Assembly: GCA_964057225.1 (NCBI GenBank)
Contig: CAXKVF010000078.1
Location: forward strand, 620,001 to 684,000
Length of the DNA stretch: 64,000 nt
Direction of reading: 5' to 3'
DNA from: Auanema rhodensis
Lineage: Eukaryota > Animalia > Nematoda
Shown here: in pieces, positions 57,101-64,000 of the stretch
How the letters are laid out: the number at the start of each line of letters is the position of its first letter
Numbering within the stretch: the first letter of the stretch is position 1
The notes under the pieces: model-generated
Databases searched by the model: none
Seen by the model: only the letters and a program-made list of their open reading frames with translations
What the model was told of the DNA's origin: nothing
Position numbers and translations under genes: made by a program

Positions 57101-60100
57101 ACGTGAAGCGAGTTACATACCAAGTGCACATCACGTGTACATTTAATTAGCATAAATTAAAGTTCACGTAAATTTTAAAGTCATGGTTACCATGAACCAA
57201 TATCAATAAAAATTTGTTTTTAGACTAATATGGACATGGGGAATCTAATTTTGAAAACCGCATCTCTTTATCTTTCACGTGAAGCGAGTTACATACCAAG
57301 TGCACATCACGTGTACATTTAATTAGCATAAATTAAAGTTCACGTAAATTTCAAAGTCATGGTTACCATGAACCAATATCAATAAAAATTTGTTTTTAGA
57401 CTAATATGGACATGGGGAATCTAATTTTGAAAACCGCATCTCTTTATCTTTCACGTGAAGCGAGTTACATACCAAGTGCACATCACGTGTTCATTTAATT
57501 AGCATAAATTAAAGTTCACGTAAATTTCAAAGTCATGGTTACCATGAAGCAATATCAATAAAAATTTGTTTTTAGACTAATATGGACATGGGGAATCTAA
57601 TTTTGAAAACCGCATCTCTTTATCTTTCACGTGAAGCGAGTTACATACCAAGTGCACATCACGTGTACATTTAATTAGCATAAATTAAAGTTCACGTAAA
57701 TTTCAAAGTCATGGTTACCATGAACCAATATCAATAAAAATTTGTTTTTAGACTAATATGGACATGGGGAATCTAATTTTGAAAACCGCATTTCTTTATC
57801 TTTCACGTGAAGCGAGTTACATACCAAGTGCACATCACGTGTACATTTAATTAGCATAAATTAAAGTTCACGTAAATTTCAAAGTCATGGTTACCATGAA
57901 CCAATATCAATAAAAATTTGTTTTTAGACTAATATGGACATGGGGAATCTAATTTTGAAAACCGCATCTCTTTATCTTTCACGTGAAGCGAGTTACATAC
58001 CAAGTGCACATCACGTGTACATTTAATTAGCATAAATTAAAGTTCACGTAAATTTCAAAGTCATGGTTACCATGAACCAATATCAATAAAAATTTGTTTT
58101 TAGACTAATATGGACATGGGGAATCTAATTTTGAAAACCGCATTTCTTTATCTTTCACGTGAAGCGAGTTACATACCAAGTGCACATCACGTGTACATTT
58201 AATTAGCATAAATTAAAGTTCACGTAAATTTCAAAGTCATGGTTACCATGCACCAATATCAATAAAAATTTGTTTTTAGACTAATATGGACATGGGGAAT
58301 CTAATTTTGAAAACCGCATCTCTTTATCTTTCACGTGAAGCGAGTTACATACCAAGTGCACATCACGTGTACATTTAATTAGCATAAATTAAAGTTCACG
58401 TAAATTTTAAAGTCATGGTTACCATGAACCAATATCAATAAAAATTTGTTTTTAGACTAATATGGACATGGGGAATCTAATTTTGAAAACCGCATCTCTT
58501 TATCTTTCACGTGAAGCGAGTTACATACCAAGTGCACATCACGTGTACATTTAATTAGCATAAATTAAAGTTCACGTAAATTTCAAAGTCATGGTTACCA
58601 TGAACTAATATCAATAAAAATTTGTTTTTAGACTAATATGGACATGGAGAATCTAATTTTGAAAACCGCATCTCTTTATCTTTCACGTGAAGCGAGTTAC
58701 ATACCAAGTGCACATCACGTGTACATTTAATTAGCATAAATTAAAGTTCACGTAAATTTTAAAGTCATGGTTACCATGAACCAATATCAATAAAAATTTG
58801 TTTTTAGACTAATATGGACATGGAGAATCTAATTTTGAAAACCGCATCTCTTTATCTTTCACGTGAAGCGAGTTACATACCAAGTGCACATCACGTGTAC
58901 ATTTAATTAGCATAAATTAAAGTTCACGTAAATTTTAAAGTCATGGTTACCATGAACCAATATCAATAAAAATTTGTTTTTAGACTAATATGGACATGGG
59001 GAATCTAATTTTGAAAACCGCATCTCTTTATCTTTCACGTGAAGCGAGTTACATACCAAGTGCACATCACGTGTACATTTAATTAGCATAAATTAAAGTT
59101 CACGTAAATTTCAAAGTCATGGTTACCATGAACCAATATCAATAAAAATTTGTTTTTAGACTAATATGGACATGGGGAATCTAATTTTGAAAACCGCATC
59201 TCTTTATCTTTCACGTGAAGCGAGTTACATACCAAGTGCACATCACGTGTTCATTTAATTAGCATAAATTAAAGTTCACGTAAATTTCAAAGTCATGGTT
59301 ACCATGAAGCAATATCAATAAAAATTTGTTTTTAGACTAATATGGACATGGGGAATCTAATTTTGAAAACCGCATCTCTTTATCTTTCACGTGAAGCGAG
59401 TTACATACCAAGTGCACATCACGTGTACATTTAATTAGCATAAATTAAAGTTCACGTAAATTTCAAAGTCATGGTTACCATGAACCAATATCAATAAAAA
59501 TTTGTTTTTAGACTAATATGGACATGGGGAATCTAATTTTGAAAACCGCATTTCTTTATCTTTCACGTGAAGCGAGTTACATACCAAGTGCACATCACGT
59601 GTACATTTAATTAGCATAAATTAAAGTTCACGTAAATTTCAAAGTCATGGTTACCATGAACCAATATCAATAAAAATTTGTTTTTAGACTAATATGGACA
59701 TGGGGAATCTAATTTTGAAAACCGCATCTCTTTATCTTTCACGTGAAGCGAGTTACATACCAAGTGCACATCACGTGTACATTTAATTAGCATAAATTAA
59801 AGTTCACGTAAATTTCAAAGTCATGGTTACCATGAACCAATATCAATAAAAATTTGTTTTTAGACTAATATGGACATGGGGAATCTAATTTTGAAAACCG
59901 CATTTCTTTATCTTTCACGTGAAGCGAGTTACATACCAAGTGCACATCACGTGTACATTTAATTAGCATAAATTAAAGTTCACGTAAATTTCAAAGTCAT
60001 GGTTACCATGCACCAATATCAATAAAAATTTGTTTTTAGACTAATATGGACATGGGGAATCTAATTTTGAAAACCGCATCTCTTTATCTTTCACGTGAAG

Positions 60101-62574
60101 CGAGTTACATACCAAGTGCACATCACGTGTACATTTAATTAGCATAAATTAAAGTTCACGTAAATTTTAAAGTCATGGTTACCATGAACCAATATCAATA
60201 AAAATTTGTTTTTAGACTAATATGGACATGGGGAATCTAATTTTGAAAACCGCATCTCTTTATCTTTCACGTGAAGCGAGTTACATACCAAGTGCACATC
60301 ACGTGTACATTTAATTAGCATAAATTAAAGTTCACGTAAATTTCAAAGTCATGGTTACCATGAACTAATATCAATAAAAATTTGTTTTTAGACTAATATG
60401 GACATGGAGAATCTAATTTTGAAAACCGCATCTCTTTATCTTTCACGTGAAGCGAGTTACATACCAAGTGCACATCACGTGTACATTTAATTAGCATAAA
60501 TTAAAGTTCACGTAAATTTTAAAGTCATGGTTACCATGAACCAATATCAATAAAAATTTGTTTTTAGACTAATATGGACATGGAGAATCTAATTTTGAAA
60601 ACCGCATCTCTTTATCTTTCACGTGAAGCGAGTTACATACCAAGTGCACATCACGTGTACATTTAATTAGCATAAATTAAAGTTCACGTAAATTTTAAAG
60701 TCATGGTTACCATGAACCAATATCAATAAAAATTTGTTTTTAGACTAATATGGACATGGGGAATCTAATTTTGAAAACCGCATCTCTTTATCTTTCACGT
60801 AAAGCGAGTTACATACCAAGTGCACATCACGTGTACATTTAATTAGCATAAATTAAAGTTCACGTAAATTTCAAAGTCATGGTTACCATGAACCAATATC
60901 AATAAAAATTTGTTTTTAGACTAATATGGACATGGGGAATCTAATTTTGAAAACCGCATCTCTTTATCTTTCACGTGAAGCGAGTTACATACCAAGTGCA
61001 CATCACGTGTTCATTTAATTAGCATAAATTAAAGTTCACGTAAATTTCAAAGTCATGGTTACCATGAAGCAATATCAATAAAAATTTGTTTTTAGACTAA
61101 TATGGACATGGGAAATCTAATTTTGAAAACCGCATCTCTTTATCTTTCACGTGAAGCGAGTTACATACCAAGTGCACATCACGTGTACATTTAATTAGCA
61201 TAAATTAAAGTTCACGTAAATTTCAAAGTCATGGTTACCATGAACCAATATCAATAAAAATTTGTTTTTAGACTAATATGGACATGGGGAATCTAATTTT
61301 AAAAACCGCATTTCTTTATCTTTCACGTGAAGCGAGTTACATACCAAGTGCACATCACGTGTACATTTAATTAGCATAAATTAAAGTTCACGTAAATTTC
61401 AAAGTCATGGTTACCATGAACCAATATCAATAAAAATTTGTTTTTAGACTAATATGGACATGGGGAATCTAATTTTGAAAACCGCATCTCTTTATCTTTC
61501 ACGTGAAGCGAGTTACATACCAAGTGCACATCACGTGTACATTTAATTAGCATAAATTAAAGTTCACGTAAATTTCAAAGTCATGGTTACCATGAACCAA
61601 TATCAATAAAAATTTGTTTTTAGACTAATATGGACATGGGGAATCTAATTTTGAAAACCGCATTTCTTTATCTTTCACGTGAAGCGAGTTACATACCAAG
61701 TGCACATCACGTGTACATTTAATTAGCATAAATTAAAGTTCACGTAAATTTCAAAGTCATGGTTACCATGCACCAATATCAATAAAAATTTGTTTTTAGA
61801 CTAATATGGACATGGGGAATCTAATTTTGAAAACCGCATCTCTTTATCTTTCACGTGAAGCGAGTTACATACCAAGTGCACATCACGTGTACATTTAATT
61901 AGCATAAATTAAAGTTCACGTAAATTTTAAAGTCATGGTTACCATGAACCAATATCAATAAAAATTTGTTTTTAGACTAATATGGACATGGGGAATCTAA
62001 TTTTGAAAACCGCATCTCTTTATCTTTCACGTGAAGCGAGTTACATACCAAGTGCACATCACGTGTACATTTAATTAGCATAAATTAAAGTTCACGTAAA
62101 TTTCAAAGTCATGGTTACCATGAACTAATATCAATAAAAATTTGTTTTTAGACTAATATGGACATGGAGAATCTAATTTTGAAAACCGCATCTCTTTATC
62201 TTTCACGTGAAGCGAGTTACATACCAAGTGCACATCACGTGTACATTTAATTAGCATAAATTAAAGTTCACGTAAATTTTAAAGTCATGGTTACCATGAA
62301 CCAATATCAATAAAAATTTGTTTTTAGACTAATATGGACATGGGGAATCTAATTTTGAAAACCGCATTTCTTTATCTTTCACGTGAAGCGAGTTACATAC
62401 CAAGTGCACATCACGTGTACATTTAATTAGCATAAATTAAAGTTCACGTAAATTTCAAAGTCATGGTTACCATGAACCAATATCAATAAAAATTTGTTTT
62501 TAGACTAATATGGACATGGGGAATCTAATTTTGAAAACCGCATCTCTTTATCTTTCACGTGAAGCGAGTTACAT
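51135..62574 (+). repeat. Local higher-order repeat domain built on a 9-monomer (1584-bp) unit with 4-, 1- and 10-monomer variants
   Basis: The marker monomer (A21T gtgttcat + C79G gaagc) starts at 51135, 52719, 53423, 55007, 55711, 55887, 57471, 59231 and 60991. The spacings are 9, 4, 9, 4, 1, 9, 10 and 10 monomers. Confidence 0.9.
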
Positions 62575-64000
62575 ACCAAGTGCACATCACGTGTACATTT
62601 AATTAGCATAAATTAAAGTTCACGTAAATTTCAAAGTCATGGTTACCATGAACCAATATCAATAAAAATTTGTTTTTAGACTAATATGGACATGGGGAAT
62701 CTAATTTTGAAAACCGCATTTCTTTATCTTTCACGTGAAGCGAGTTACATACCAAGTGCACATCACGTGTACATTTAATTAGCATAAATTAAAGTTCACG
62801 TAAATTTCAAAGTCATGGTTACCATGCACCAATATCAATAAAAATTTGTTTTTAGACTAATATGGACATGGGGAATCTAATTTTGAAAACCGCATCTCTT
62901 TATCTTTCACGTGAAGCGAGTTACATACCAAGTGCACATCACGTGTACATTTAATTAGCATAAATTAAAGTTCACGTAAATTTCAAAGTCATGGTTACCA
63001 TGAACTAATATCAATAAAAATTTGTTTTTAGACTAATATGGACATGGAGAATCTAATTTTGAAAACCGCATCTCTTTATCTTTCACGTGAAGCGAGTTAC
63101 ATACCAAGTGCACATCACGTGTACATTTAATTAGCATAAATTAAAGTTCACGTAAATTTTAAAGTCATGGTTACCATGAACCAATATCAATAAAAATTTG
63201 TTTTTAGACTAATATGGACATGGGGAATCTAATTTTGAAAACCGCATCTCTTTATCTTTCACGTGAAGCGAGTTACATACCAAGTGCACATCACGTGTAC
63301 ATTTAATTAGCATAAATTAAAGTTCACGTAAATTTCAAAGTCATGGTTACCATGAACTAATATCAATAAAAATTTGTTTTTAGACTAATATGGACATGGA
63401 GAATCTAATTTTGAAAACCGCATCTCTTTATCTTTCACGTGAAGCGAGTTATATACCAAGTGCACATCACGTGTACATTTAATTAGCATAAATTAAAGTT
63501 CACGTAAATTTCAAAGTCATGGTTACCATGAAGCAATATCAATAAAAATTTGTTTTTAGACTAATATGGACATGGGGAATCTAATTTTGAAAACCGCATC
63601 TCTTTATCTCTCACGTGAAGCGAGTTACATACCAAGTGCACATCACGTGTACATTTAATTAGCATAAATTAAAGTTCACGTAAATTTCAAAGTCATGGTT
63701 ACCATGAACCAATATCAATAAAAATTTGTTTTTAGACTAATATGGACATGGGGAATCTAATTTTGAAAACCGCATCTCTTTATCTTTCACGTGAAGCGAG
63801 TTACATACCAAGTGCACATCACGTGTACATTTAATTAGCATAAATTAAAGTTCACGTAAATTTCAAAGTCATGGTTACCATGAACCAATATCAATAAAAA
63901 TTTGTTTTTAGACTAATATGGACATGGGGAATCTAATTTTGAAAACCGCATTTCTTTATCTTTCACGTGAAGCGAGTTACATACCAAGTGCACATCACGT

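Larger units (their letters stand above)
1..64000. repeat. Tandem satellite DNA array, 176-bp monomer, 364 copies plus 18 bp; candidate centromeric/pericentromeric satellite
   Basis: The motif accaagtgcacatcacgtg recurs at 1, 177, 353 and onward; the last start is at 63983. The phase is fully explained by one +1 insertion (~12238), two 39-bp deletions and five 1-bp deletions. There are no inversions or foreign insertions. The consensus has 56/176 G+C. The centromeric assignment is inference only. Confidence 0.99.

Noticed and set aside
1-64000. CRISPR array or other repeat-spacer system suggested by the palindromes
   Set aside because: There are no unique spacers; the whole 176 bp is repeated, and no cas or other genes are present.
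1-64000. Pure assembly or concatemer artefact (e.g. rolling-circle product)
   Set aside because: Hierarchically shared SNP haplotypes and a duplicated deletion indicate real evolutionary history rather than random error, although exact copy number still needs read validation.
1-64000. Information-bearing code in the order of AAC/CAC/AAG monomer variants
   Set aside because: The order is adequately explained by nested tandem duplications and conversion; nothing suggests a readout mechanism.

Overview
The whole 64,000-bp window is one uninterrupted, head-to-tail, single-orientation tandem array of a 176-bp monomer (about 32% GC). It holds 364 monomers plus an 18-bp partial copy, and both window edges lie inside the array. 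The consensus equals bases 1-176: accaagtgcacatcacgtgtacatttaattagcataaattaaagttcacgtaaatttcaaagtcatggttaccatgaaccaatatcaataaaaatttgtttttagactaatatggacatggggaatctaattttgaaaaccgcatctctttatctttcacgtgaagcgagttacat. Variants below are named by monomer position (e.g. A109G). Most copies differ from consensus by 0-3 substitutions. Monomer length, AT richness and homogeneity fit a eukaryotic satellite DNA, plausibly centromeric or pericentromeric, but I cannot name the species or family. I found no genes, RNA genes, transposons or CRISPR arrays. The 60-aa ORFs in the track are by-products of one SNP (A109G) that removes a minus-strand stop codon. Three kinds of structure are real. (i) The monomer is rich in dyad symmetries and carries three TCACGT cores 32-33 bp apart, one of which matches the yeast CDEI consensus. 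(ii) Diagnostic SNPs reveal nested higher-order duplications with periods of 4, 5, 6, 7, 8, 12, 17, 27, 35, 83 and 92 monomers, plus an emerging 9/10-mer higher-order repeat (HOR) at the right end. (iii) There is a duplicated 39-bp-deletion monomer, a chimeric monomer that maps a crossover, and a cluster of probable homopolymer consensus errors. I see no support for a novel protein-coding system. Any novelty lies in the satellite family and its organisation. All variant calls were made by eye.
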